Origin: a virus
Virus record (IMG/VR): IMGVR_UViG_3300020198_000006
Location: 1-64,000 of that record
Reading direction: 5' to 3' (one strand)
Length of the DNA stretch: 64,000 nt
How positions within the stretch are numbered: position 1 is the first letter of the stretch; each line of letters begins with the position of its first letter. A program made the translations under genes and the position numbers. The notes under the pieces are model-generated. The model saw nothing but the letters and a program-made list of their open reading frames with translations. It did no database searches and had not been told where the DNA came from. This document shows, piece by piece, positions 1 through 9,366 of the stretch.

Positions 1-832
1 CCATTCTACCCAAACCTTCGATTCCTTTAGCAAAACCATATTCATTGATTTTTCCTAAATTCTTTTGTGTTTCTTCAACAACTTTTCTTGATTGTAACCC
101 AAGTGTTAGTGATGATTTACCAACTTTATCAATCGTGTTTAATGCATTTTGTGCACCAACACCAACCATTTCAAAGTTTCTGAATATTTTACCCATGTCC
201 TCTAAATCACCAACAAACGCACGTGATGTTGTCGCCATTTGGTCCATCGTATCACTATTCATTAAAGCAAACCGACCGGTTTCCTGCATAGTGTTGATTA
301 CAGTTTTCTTTAAGTCCTCAAAACCATAACCCATTGAAACAACACCAGGTAAAGCTTCAAAGATTTCACTTCTATAATCTCTTGATAATTCTCCCGCAAT
401 TCCAATTTGTGAATTTAATTCATTTCTTAAATTAACTTCTTTTGTTAAGATATCTGTTGAACCTTCCATTACACCCTTTAGTGCCATGGAACCAATATTT
501 CCTAAACCTTTAATTAAATCACCTTCTTTACCAAAGAAACCGGCAACAACATCTTTAATTGATTCCGCAATTGTACTTGGTTGAATTATATCAGCATTAT
601 TATATGACGTTATTTTGTTTCCTAAGTCTTGTATCTGATATGCTTTTGAGGCTGTTGGGGTACTATATGATTTTGATGAATCTGATAAATTTGTGTTATA
701 AGCGTTCCAATAATAGCCTATATCATTTAATAGTGATGGATTATTTTTCACCTCATCACAATCATAAAATTCACTCTTAAACTGGGTTTTACTGAGTCCT
801 TGTTTAATATCTTTAATTTTGGGTGCTGCCAT
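1..832 (-). CDS. Probable tape measure protein, N-terminal part (runs off window)
   Basis: Not in ORF track. ATG at 832 (MAAPKIKDIKQGLSKTQF...), open to the window edge, helical Ala/Gly/Met-rich sequence, directly downstream of tube and chaperone genes, late-promoter motif at 836-843. Confidence 0.7.
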   Translation of the reverse strand, partial: MAAPKIKDIKQGLSKTQFKSEFYDCDEVKNNPSLLNDIGYYWNAYNTNLSDSSKSYSTPTASKAYQIQDLGNKITSYNNADIIQPSTIAESIKDVVAGFFGKEGDLIKGLGNIGSMALKGVMEGSTDILTKEVNLRNELNSQIGIAGELSRDYRSEIFEALPGVVSMGYGFEDLKKTVINTMQETGRFALMNSDTMDQMATTSRAFVGDLEDMGKIFRNFEMVGVGAQNALNTIDKVGKSSLTLGLQSRKVVEETQKNLGKINEYGFAKGIEGLGRM

Positions 833-843
833 ACCTATAAATA

Positions 844-999
844 CTATTTCGGACTATTTTCCAATTCAATTAAATAACTAACATAATACCTACGTAAATA
901 GACGGGCATGTTCAGGATGTCCCCATAAGAGAAACCTCTTTTAACTAAAAATAAAATTTCGTCTAACTGACCTTTCTTATAATCCGTAGAAAGGGCGAA
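844..999 (-). CDS. Frameshift extension of the tail assembly chaperone (T4 gp51-like / GT-like segment)
   Basis: +1 frame relative to 977..1729 is open from the TTT TTT CGC site to TAG at 844-846: FALSTDYKKGQLDEILFLVKRGFSYGDILNMPVYLRRYYVSYLIELENSPK; no ATG until codon 31. Confidence 0.65.
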   Translation of the reverse strand, partial: FALSTDYKKGQLDEILFLVKRGFSYGDILNMPVYLRRYYVSYLIELENSPK

Positions 1000-1729
1000 A
1001 AAACTCTACCCCGAATCCAATTTCAACTTGGATATCTTCTCCTGACGGGGTTTTTACTGTTTTTGCTAAATCTAATGAAGGTTTATGTTCTTTTACGTAT
1101 TTTCTAAACGATTGAGAATCTTTAATTGGGAGTTTTTCAATAAAATTTCTGATGTTCATCGTGTCCCTGTTACCCGCAACAGATTTAATCATCATCTCAA
1201 GTTGTTTAGTAACAATTGGAGCCACTCCAATTCCATTCCAACTTTTTTCAATATTCTCAATTTCTTTTTGTTGCTTTTTAGTTAAAAACTTAAATGTAAT
1301 TTCAATATTTGTTTTTTCCGTGGTGTATTTGAATTCTCCCATCGAATCTGATTCAAGTGTAAAGTCCTTGAAGGATATTTCACTTAAATCCAATGTTGTA
1401 GAAAATTTTTCATCTGTTTTTGGGTCAGTAAGCGAAATACTATACTCAGCACCAAACGCAGTATTTCTTAAAAAGATAAGTACCGCTTGCTTATCCTCAT
1501 CAACTAATTCATCGATAATAAAATCTCTATCTAAAATTTTTCTTTTTAGTAGTTCTTCAATTACTGTGTTTGATGCAATTAAGTTTTGTGCCGATAAAAT
1601 ATTTTCATCAGATGCGGTTAAGTAAGCAACCTTTAATGATTTTTTACTGCTGTTTGAATAGTGTATACCTCGTGAGGGTAACTCCACCACATCATATGCG
1701 ATGGTTGGGTCAATTCTAAATTCTTCCAT
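977..1729 (-). CDS. T4 gp26-like baseplate hub / tail assembly chaperone
   Basis: VELPSRG N-terminal motif, C-terminal FF; position between tail tube and tape measure. Confidence 0.7.
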   Translation of the reverse strand: MEEFRIDPTIAYDVVELPSRGIHYSNSSKKSLKVAYLTASDENILSAQNLIASNTVIEELLKRKILDRDFIIDELVDEDKQAVLIFLRNTAFGAEYSISLTDPKTDEKFSTTLDLSEISFKDFTLESDSMGEFKYTTEKTNIEITFKFLTKKQQKEIENIEKSWNGIGVAPIVTKQLEMMIKSVAGNRDTMNIRNFIEKLPIKDSQSFRKYVKEHKPSLDLAKTVKTPSGEDIQVEIGFGVEFFRPFYGL

Positions 1730-1774
1730 ATATGTGTTTTGTTATATAACTACATTAATTTACGAAATATCCAC

Positions 1775-1807
1775 AAAAAAGTAAAGGTCTCCTTTTGAGA
1801 GACCTTC
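1775..1807 (-). terminator. Rho-independent terminator after tail tube gene
   Basis: AAGGTCTC-loop-GAGACCTT hairpin followed by U-rich tract on the minus strand. Confidence 0.6.
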
Positions 1808-1834
1808 ACGTTGACAGATTTTATTTTTAATGTA

Positions 1835-2323
1835 TTAGTATACTTGAATACATCTGTCCATTCTTAAAGAACATTGGATAGATGCAATATCATCTCTTGA
1901 GTAATCAAGTTCATTGAAGTTCAAGTCTGTGATAAATGTTCCTTGAAGAATCCATTTTTCAACCACAACACCCGTTGGGTCTAACATTTCTAATTCAATA
2001 TCCTTTTTATAACCAGCTGCGTAACCCATACGACCTGTTACTGATTCGGCATGTAAACGGAACCATTCCATAAGTGCTTGTGAAGCTGAAGGACCAATTG
2101 GGTCTTTAAAGGTTACTCTCATTTCATTCCATTCAAATCTACCAGCAACATATGTTGAGGTGTTTATAAAAGGAATTGCAACTGAGTTGATTTTAGCACT
2201 CGGTCTAGCTGCTGATGATACATACCATTCGTTGATACCCAATGATGAAGGGAAACGAAGGATGAATCGGTTAACTCTTTTCGGTTCGTAAGGAACCGGC
2301 ATTTTCATTAATAAATCTGCCAT
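1835..2323 (-). CDS. Tail tube protein (T4 gp19-like)
   Basis: EPKRVNRF, AGRFEW, YKKDIELEMLDPTG..VEKW motifs; downstream of sheath. Confidence 0.9.
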   Translation of the reverse strand: MADLLMKMPVPYEPKRVNRFILRFPSSLGINEWYVSSAARPSAKINSVAIPFINTSTYVAGRFEWNEMRVTFKDPIGPSASQALMEWFRLHAESVTGRMGYAAGYKKDIELEMLDPTGVVVEKWILQGTFITDLNFNELDYSRDDIASIQCSLRMDRCIQVY

Positions 2324-2466
2324 GTCTATTTAATTTTTTAGTTGTTGTTTATCTACTTTCTTATAAATATGTCATTGTCAAAAAAAATATTTTATCGTTC
2401 AACCCTTGATTCTTTAATTTTTTTTTCGTATTTTTTATATACTAGTATTGATACTAGAACCAGATT

Positions 2467-2536
2467 AAACTAGATTAATTAAATATAAACTAGATTAATT
2501 AAATATAAACTAGATTAATTAAATATAAACTAGATT
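2467..2536. repeat. 20-bp tandem repeat (AAACTAGATTAATTAAATAT) x3.5 in the sheath-tube intergenic region
   Basis: Exact head-to-tail copies, each with a TTAATTAA palindrome; flanked by further CTAG-containing partial copies. Confidence 0.9.
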
Positions 2537-2619
2537 CTAGTATATACTGGGTTTTTTCTCAATTCTTGGGTTAATATTAAAATATAACTTTTATACATTT
2601 TGGTTCCATGTGGAACATT

Positions 2620-2651
2620 TAAAAGGGGAAGCGGTTAAACTCCCCCTTTTC
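2620..2651. terminator. Terminator after tail sheath gene
   Basis: AAAAGGGGAAG...CTCCCCCTTTT inverted repeat with A/T tracts on both sides. Confidence 0.65.
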
Positions 2652-2652
2652 A

Positions 2653-5499
2653 TTAGATATTATCGAATGATGCTCCAGTAGGTGTTATTATGAACTCAAC
2701 GTCGATGAATTCAAGTGAACGTGTTGGTTTGATGTAAATCTTACCTCTAAGAGTGTTTGCATCAATGTCCTCAGGGTCATTTGATACGGTTACACGGAAT
2801 TCGTATAAACCTCTTTCTCTCTTTATAGACTCAAGAATTGGGTTTACCAATCTCAAGAACTCGTTTCTTACTTGTTCGTCGTTTTGTTCGAATAGTAATC
2901 TAACTGCAACCGCTGAAATTAACTTTCTGGCTCTTAACAAGAGTCTTCTTACGTTAATTCTGTCCAACGCAGATTCTCTAACCTGAAGGGTTTTGTTACC
3001 CCATATGATTGTACCTGTATCTGAGAAGGTTGCGATTGGGTTAATTCTGTTTTTATATAATTCGTCTCTTTCGTCTAAGGTCAATTTCTTGGTTGCTTTA
3101 ATCGCTTTTACCAAACCTCTTGAGTAACCCGCTACCGCGAACCAAGGGAATGACACATTATCCGTAAGGGCTATGTTTCTTACAACCTCACCTGTTGGTG
3201 GAACAAGCAATTGGGTGGCATTATCTTGGTCTCTAACCTGAATCCATGGCCAATATGTGGCTGTGTAGTTAGTGTCAAGAGAAACACCATCCAAAGCGGC
3301 TACCACTTCCTCAACTGTTGAGAAATTAGGTGGTGATATGATATAAAGTGAATCCGCTCTATCATTTTCCATGATGTCGATTGCCTGTGAAGTCAATGAA
3401 CTATGGTCATAGAAGTTGATACCGGGAGATGCGAATATGTTGATATCCACAGCTTCAGGGTTTGAGTAGGTCTGAATACCTTTTAAGTATGAATAGTAGT
3501 CAGAATTACCAACCGTAGTACTGAATACACCACCATTTGACGTGTTTCCACTAATATACGTTGGCTTTCCGAAGATATAAGAATCCCCGAATGTTCTAAC
3601 TTCTCTGTAAATGTCCCATCCGTCAAATCCACCACACACCGCAAAAGTGAATTTACGGTAGTTGATGTTAGTCATAACATTATCAACACCTGTTTGACCC
3701 TCTAAATCATACGATGTAGTTGTGAATGTTGTACCTGTGATTGTTGATGCGTTTGTAGATAAGTGGAAACCTTTAGTAGTACCTACCGCTGCAGCTCCCT
3801 TATACTTAAATAAATCCTTATCAAATCCTGTCTGAGAAGATAAACCAAAGGTTATCTTTCTGATTTTGTCCCCACCTGAAAGGATGGGGGTACCATCGGC
3901 TTCGTATCCCATAACGTCACCAGCGTCAAAGAATTGAGTTTTAAACATAACAGAACCCAAGGTTGTATCTGAGAACGATGTATTAGCCACGAATCCTTTA
4001 AAACCAGCAGGGAACGCATCTACGGGATGGTTAATTGCCATGTTTAACATGATATACTTAGAACGTAATTCATATTCACCATCAGATGTACCAACTTTTC
4101 TCGCCACATAACCTGGTAAGTCAGGGTTCATTGAACATCTTGTGAATTTTTCAAGAACAAGTTGATTGTCGTCAGTATCGTTGAAATCACGAACTAACAT
4201 ATCAAATTCACCTGTTTCTAAGTTAATATTAATGATTGAAATTTTTACTTGTTCATTCGCTGCGTTACCATCACAGATAGTAATCACTTCAAACAAATCA
4301 GATACTTCACCACCACGAACTTCAGATACAACCATTGGTGACATTGGGGTATCCCATTGTTCCGCGAAGTTTGAACCTTCTGAAACAAACACCTCATCTA
4401 AACTTAGACCTCTTACATTACCTTGTTGGAACGCCGCTTTTAAGTATGCGGAATATGCTTCGTGAACAAAGATAGGTACTTCCTTTCTTGGTTTATCAAA
4501 CACATCGGTACCTAAAACCTTAGTTATGTACTTAGATGATGTTGTATCCATAGAACATGTAAATGTCTTACCACTACTTGTTGTACCTGTAACCTGAATT
4601 GTAAATTCAGAGAATGGATTCACCCTAAGTGAACTACCCACAACATTGAAACTTGTGTTTCCTGTCAATTCAAGACCTAAAGTTTGACCTGAGTATGAAC
4701 CTCTTGGTCTGAAAGCCGCCACAACTTTATTATTGTGTTCACTTTTAACTGTTGAGTTATAAACAAATTGAGTCACATTGAATTGTTCTGTGCCACCTGA
4801 TGTGTATACAAATAAGAAGGAGTAAACCTCAGTACCACCTGAATTACATACTATATTATACCATTCTTTACCATTTTGGTTGTTAGCATTATTTAAACCT
4901 GTTAAAGGTGAAATTACTTCTAAACTTGTGGTTAGACCTGATGTAGACGATGATGGTACGTTACCAATAACAAACCATTGTCCCGTATTTCCTGTTGTAT
5001 TACCACTAAATGAGGAGAATAGATAATTGTCCATAGTTTGACCATCATATGAAGTAATTCCTGAAATGTTTCCAAAGAATGTACTACCAGTTATTTGGTT
5101 AAGGGTGGATGGGTCACACGTACCTGTGGTTGAGCCACTCAAAGAACCCAAGGTTAAACCGCCGAGGGTTTTAATTGCGTAAGTCTTAACAGGTTTATAA
5201 CCTGTAAGACCGAGAATTCTTGTTACAAAAAGTTGATTTGATTCCTCAAGATAAGATTTTGCTACGTAAGGTAACTCAAATTTTGGGTTACCATTACCAT
5301 CTTTTACTGGTGTAGAACCTCCGAAGTAAAGTTTAAACTCATCATAATCTGTTACAAGGATTGGTTCAAAAGCGGGACCTTTAAGGGTCTCACCAACTAA
5401 ACCAAGAGTTGTAACACCAACACTCTGTGCTACGAATGTTAAATCTTTTTCTGATGTGTAGACACCCGGAGATACAAATACTCTATTTGAATTTGCCAT
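2653..5499 (-). CDS. Contractile tail sheath protein (T4 gp18-like)
   Basis: N-terminal FVSPGVY, C-terminal PWFAVAG..RG, LYKNRINPI, WGNKTLQ, DRINVRRLL, KPTRSLEFI. Confidence 0.95.
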   Translation of the reverse strand: MANSNRVFVSPGVYTSEKDLTFVAQSVGVTTLGLVGETLKGPAFEPILVTDYDEFKLYFGGSTPVKDGNGNPKFELPYVAKSYLEESNQLFVTRILGLTGYKPVKTYAIKTLGGLTLGSLSGSTTGTCDPSTLNQITGSTFFGNISGITSYDGQTMDNYLFSSFSGNTTGNTGQWFVIGNVPSSSTSGLTTSLEVISPLTGLNNANNQNGKEWYNIVCNSGGTEVYSFLFVYTSGGTEQFNVTQFVYNSTVKSEHNNKVVAAFRPRGSYSGQTLGLELTGNTSFNVVGSSLRVNPFSEFTIQVTGTTSSGKTFTCSMDTTSSKYITKVLGTDVFDKPRKEVPIFVHEAYSAYLKAAFQQGNVRGLSLDEVFVSEGSNFAEQWDTPMSPMVVSEVRGGEVSDLFEVITICDGNAANEQVKISIININLETGEFDMLVRDFNDTDDNQLVLEKFTRCSMNPDLPGYVARKVGTSDGEYELRSKYIMLNMAINHPVDAFPAGFKGFVANTSFSDTTLGSVMFKTQFFDAGDVMGYEADGTPILSGGDKIRKITFGLSSQTGFDKDLFKYKGAAAVGTTKGFHLSTNASTITGTTFTTTSYDLEGQTGVDNVMTNINYRKFTFAVCGGFDGWDIYREVRTFGDSYIFGKPTYISGNTSNGGVFSTTVGNSDYYSYLKGIQTYSNPEAVDINIFASPGINFYDHSSLTSQAIDIMENDRADSLYIISPPNFSTVEEVVAALDGVSLDTNYTATYWPWIQVRDQDNATQLLVPPTGEVVRNIALTDNVSFPWFAVAGYSRGLVKAIKATKKLTLDERDELYKNRINPIATFSDTGTIIWGNKTLQVRESALDRINVRRLLLRARKLISAVAVRLLFEQNDEQVRNEFLRLVNPILESIKRERGLYEFRVTVSNDPEDIDANTLRGKIYIKPTRSLEFIDVEFIITPTGASFDNI

Positions 5500-5619
5500 T
5501 TTTAAAAGTTTGGTTAATTTATTTTATTATTCTTATAAATATCTTTGTTTTTAGCAAAGATTTCCTGACTTTTTTCAAAAAGGATAATTAAAAATCCTTT
5601 TTTATCATTATTTATCTTT

Positions 5620-5799
5620 ATGGAAAAAGAGAACCTAAAAAACATCAAAGTCAGCGAAAAACATCATCAAATGTTGAAGGAATATTGTGATAAAAACGGA
5701 CTAAAAATTTATAAAGCAGTCCAAAAGTGGATTGAGGAATCTTGTAAATCTAAGAAAAAAGATATCTACGAGAAAAAAGATATCTACGGGGAAAATTAA
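5620..5799 (+). CDS. Small ribbon-helix-helix-like DNA-binding protein (59 aa)
   Basis: Below ORF-track cutoff: MEKENLKNIKVSEKHHQMLKEYCDKNGLKIYKAVQKWIEE...; beta-alpha-alpha pattern typical of RHH. Confidence 0.55.
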   Translation: MEKENLKNIKVSEKHHQMLKEYCDKNGLKIYKAVQKWIEESCKSKKKDIYEKKDIYGEN

Positions 5800-7049
5800 C
5801 TCAAGTAAACGACACTTACTTTTGAACCAACTGCGGGTGCTGATAGTAATTTAAACTTGTAGTTACCTGAAACTTCAAAACCGACACCTTCATCTTCCAC
5901 AAGACCATTAATATCTAAACTGATAATACTATTAAGAGCATTTGATGTGGTAAACTCTAAACTTGAGCCATTATAGGTAAAACTTTCATTAATTACATTT
6001 AATGGTTTACCAAATGTATCTATAAATGTGTCATTTCTACCTTTATAATATGTGATAGTCACGACTGAACCATCTAATGGGGGTTGAACAAAGGTTATTT
6101 TTGATGTTTGAGCAACGTGGAGGTAATCCACATTTCGTATTTGTATAAGACCATTAATTGCAACAGTAAACAATACATTTATTGTTTCGCCCACACTAAA
6201 GACGGTTTGAACACCATCAGCAGGAAAAGACATGATTGTTATCTCAATAGTTTTGACAATATACTTTTTGGTATAATTGTTACTCTTAATAAACTCGTTC
6301 AATAAAAACATTCTACTAACCGCCGGTTTAACCTCAAACTCCTCTTCGTCTATTAGTAAACCAAGCATTATAAAGGTGTAATTTTGAATATAGAACCTAC
6401 GACCTTCCAAAGTATCCATTGGAGTGCTATCCTCGATTCTATCTAAAACAAGAGGTATGTAATGACCTTTTACGCTTGTATATGACTGACGAGACGAGAA
6501 TTTCTGTAAAACAATCCTATTGAACTTATTAATATCCCTAAGTTTTGTACATATAATTGTTACATCAAAAGTTATATCTATTGGTACAGGTTGTGGTATC
6601 TTATATATGTCGGCACCCATTTGTGTCCCGTTCCATGTCGGAACAGAGGCATAGAAGAAATCTCTTCTGTCTGGTATTGTTCGTTGAATTGATGGATTAG
6701 TACCGGGTTGAACATCTGGTCTTCTGATTACAGCTATAAAGGGTAACTTCATATTACCATCCTCATCTGCAAATGTCCAATTGTTTGAAACCTCACCCCA
6801 TCTTTGAATCGTCAAGATTCTTGGAATAATGGGTATTTGGTCACCACCAGAGACAACCTTGAAATTTTGTTTTACAAAATCAAGCATACCTAAATCAAGG
6901 TCCTCATGTAAAATAGAATCGGGTAAGAAGGTATCTGATTTAGTTATTCTCTCCAATAACCCTTTTCTCCTCCCTACAATGTCAGGACCATTCATGTCTT
7001 GTTTAACCCCGTAAACTTGAACATTATTTTTTCTTTTAGGTATTCCCAT
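5796..7049 (-). CDS. Tail terminator / sheath stabiliser (gp15-like) with C-terminal beta-repeat domains
   Basis: PQPVPIDITFDVTI motif, position beside sheath and neck genes; two C-terminal NGL....Y/F...PP.GS.V.I.Y repeats. Confidence 0.55.
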   Translation of the reverse strand: MGIPKRKNNVQVYGVKQDMNGPDIVGRRKGLLERITKSDTFLPDSILHEDLDLGMLDFVKQNFKVVSGGDQIPIIPRILTIQRWGEVSNNWTFADEDGNMKLPFIAVIRRPDVQPGTNPSIQRTIPDRRDFFYASVPTWNGTQMGADIYKIPQPVPIDITFDVTIICTKLRDINKFNRIVLQKFSSRQSYTSVKGHYIPLVLDRIEDSTPMDTLEGRRFYIQNYTFIMLGLLIDEEEFEVKPAVSRMFLLNEFIKSNNYTKKYIVKTIEITIMSFPADGVQTVFSVGETINVLFTVAINGLIQIRNVDYLHVAQTSKITFVQPPLDGSVVTITYYKGRNDTFIDTFGKPLNVINESFTYNGSSLEFTTSNALNSIISLDINGLVEDEGVGFEVSGNYKFKLLSAPAVGSKVSVVYLS

Positions 7050-7051
7050 GA

Positions 7052-7564
7052 TTATATTCCTCTAAATTCAGATTCTTGTGTTGCTACACAAATTATTGTT
7101 CTATAATGTGGCTTAAAACCAAACATATTATGTTTATTGTCCGATGTTACTTTACCATCATTGGTTACAGTATAGTATCTAACTCTTTCTTCACTTTCAG
7201 GATAACCGACGTAGTCACCATATCTAATATCTATTTTCAATTCTTCTAAATGTTTAATGTAAACAGATATTATCATATTACCCGGCTCTAAGTACCTACC
7301 TAACCCACCCTTATAGGTGGTGTTTTTTGGCTCCTCAATCTTTACTAAACCATTAAACTCAACAGGAGGTAAAAATTTAATTTGGTCTTTACCAACTTCA
7401 GCATAAACCTCATCCGTATCGGTCTTTTGTTTGTCAACTCTAAAGAGAACCAATTTCATATTTAAATCCCCATGAAGGTATTCTTGACCTATCATTTGAT
7501 TTAAATCAAAATCTGCTTCTGAAAAGAATTTACTGACTCTTGTTATGGGTAATTTATGCTTCAT
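7052..7564 (-). CDS. Neck / head-closure protein (gp14-like)
   Basis: EVYAE..KF.PPVE and IRYGDY motifs; likely ATG at 7564 just after the late-promoter motif at 7570-7576. Confidence 0.6.
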   Translation of the reverse strand: MKHKLPITRVSKFFSEADFDLNQMIGQEYLHGDLNMKLVLFRVDKQKTDTDEVYAEVGKDQIKFLPPVEFNGLVKIEEPKNTTYKGGLGRYLEPGNMIISVYIKHLEELKIDIRYGDYVGYPESEERVRYYTVTNDGKVTSDNKHNMFGFKPHYRTIICVATQESEFRGI

Positions 7565-7614
7565 ACTCAATAAATAGTTCAATTATTCTTTCTATTTTAT
7601 TATATTTAGGTTAT

Positions 7615-9366
7615 ATGCAGAACAAGATTCTAGAAATAGAGGCGAGAGACATACTGCTTGAATATGAAGGTTTTAACAATCAATTACTTGATTGGAAACA
7701 CAAATTTCATAATGTTAAAAATTTTCAATTAACAAGACCCCAAGCGGAATATGTTACAAAGTATTACGAAACAGTACCTCGAGTTGCTCGAAAGCATATC
7801 ACCATTGCCAAGAATTTTGGTGAAAAAATTATGGAGGACAAGAAGTTAACCAAAGCACCTGAAAAGATTTGGTGTGAAAAATTATTGTGTGAAAGCGATA
7901 AGGCATACCATATATGGGGTAAAATTATTGATTCCGAAACGAATCATGCGATGTGGATTCCAAAATCATCTATTATCCAAGAAGAAAAAAAATTAGATAG
8001 AATAATAGATTATACTCCTTACTCACATAGACCGCCAATGGAACATCAAAAAGAAGCCATTGAAAAATTGTTAGCCAATGACAAATACATTCTTGCTGAT
8101 GATATGGGTCTTGGTAAAAGCACGTCCGCGATTATTGCCTCACTAGAATGTGGAGCAAAAAAAGTTCTAATTATTTGTCCCGCATCACTAAAGATTAACT
8201 GGTCAAGAGAGATTGAAAATTACTCAAGAAAAAAATCATTAATTGTTGAAGGCAGAAAATGGGGTTCCACATTTGATTATTATATAATCAATTATGATAT
8301 ATTAAAAAACTATCACACAACCGATAAATCAGAAGATAGTGAAGCATATAAATTAATCATAAATGAAAATTTTGATTTGGTAATAATTGATGAGGCTCAC
8401 TATGTTTCAAATCCAACAGCACAGAGAACAAAACTAATTAATGATGTTGTAAAACAAATACCTAAGGTATGGTTGCTTACAGGAACCCCAATGACATCAA
8501 GACCGATAAACTATTATAATTTATTAAAAATTGTTAATTCACCAATTGCATTAAATTGGCAAGGTTATGTCAGAAGATATTGTGCGGGTTATCAGTTTAA
8601 AGTTGGGGGTAAAAAAATATGGAACACGGGTGGGGCAAGTAATTTAGATGAACTAAGAGAAAGAACAAAAAATTTGGTATTAAGAAGAATAAAAACCGAC
8701 ATTCTCGATTTACCCGAAAAAATTATAACTCCTATTTTCTTAGATATGCAGAGTACTTTCTACAATGAAGAGTTAGAAGAATTCATGAAAATATCTAAGG
8801 AAAATAAAAAGAATGAATCAATTAGTGTAACATTAAATCGTCTAATGAAAATTAGACAAGTAATTGCATACGAAAAAGTACCATACACATATGAGTTAAT
8901 TGATAAGTTCACAGAACAAGGTAAAAAAGTAATTGTATTTACAAACTTTACTATGAGTTTGGATATGATTCACGAGAAGTATAAGAAAAATTCTGTGACC
9001 CTTGATGGTAGAATGTCAAAAGAAAGAAGACAAGAAAGTGTTGACAGATTTCAAAATGAGGATAAAATAAAAATATTCGTATCCAATATTAGAGCGGGTG
9101 GCGTTGGAATTACTTTAACTGCGGCAGAAGCAGTAATAATGAATGACCTGTCATTTGTACCATCAGACCACTCCCAAGCAGAAGATAGGGCATATAGATA
9201 TGGACAGAAGAATAGTGTACTTGTTTACTATCCTATTTTTGAAAACACAATCGAAATGATTGTTTATAATATATTACAAAAGAAAAAGAATATTATCGAC
9301 CAAGTAATGGGAGATAATGAATATTCAGAAAGTTTTGCTCAATCACTTCTTAATGAGCTCCTCTAA
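7615..9366 (+). CDS. SNF2/SMARCAL1-like helicase
   Basis: LADDMGLGKS (Walker A), IIDEAH, LTGTP, GVGITLT, QAEDRAYRYGQ; likely ATG at 7615. Confidence 0.93.
   Translation: MQNKILEIEARDILLEYEGFNNQLLDWKHKFHNVKNFQLTRPQAEYVTKYYETVPRVARKHITIAKNFGEKIMEDKKLTKAPEKIWCEKLLCESDKAYHIWGKIIDSETNHAMWIPKSSIIQEEKKLDRIIDYTPYSHRPPMEHQKEAIEKLLANDKYILADDMGLGKSTSAIIASLECGAKKVLIICPASLKINWSREIENYSRKKSLIVEGRKWGSTFDYYIINYDILKNYHTTDKSEDSEAYKLIINENFDLVIIDEAHYVSNPTAQRTKLINDVVKQIPKVWLLTGTPMTSRPINYYNLLKIVNSPIALNWQGYVRRYCAGYQFKVGGKKIWNTGGASNLDELRERTKNLVLRRIKTDILDLPEKIITPIFLDMQSTFYNEELEEFMKISKENKKNESISVTLNRLMKIRQVIAYEKVPYTYELIDKFTEQGKKVIVFTNFTMSLDMIHEKYKKNSVTLDGRMSKERRQESVDRFQNEDKIKIFVSNIRAGGVGITLTAAEAVIMNDLSFVPSDHSQAEDRAYRYGQKNSVLVYYPIFENTIEMIVYNILQKKKNIIDQVMGDNEYSESFAQSLLNELL

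Noticed and set aside
2467-2536. Possible CRISPR mini-array
   Set aside because: Repeats are head-to-tail with no unique spacers, and no cas genes are in the window
836-5541. Canonical T4 late promoters (TATAAATA) driving plus-strand transcription
   Set aside because: These sites sit just 5' of minus-strand genes, and plus-strand genes show TATTTATA, so the functional sense is TATTTAT(A)
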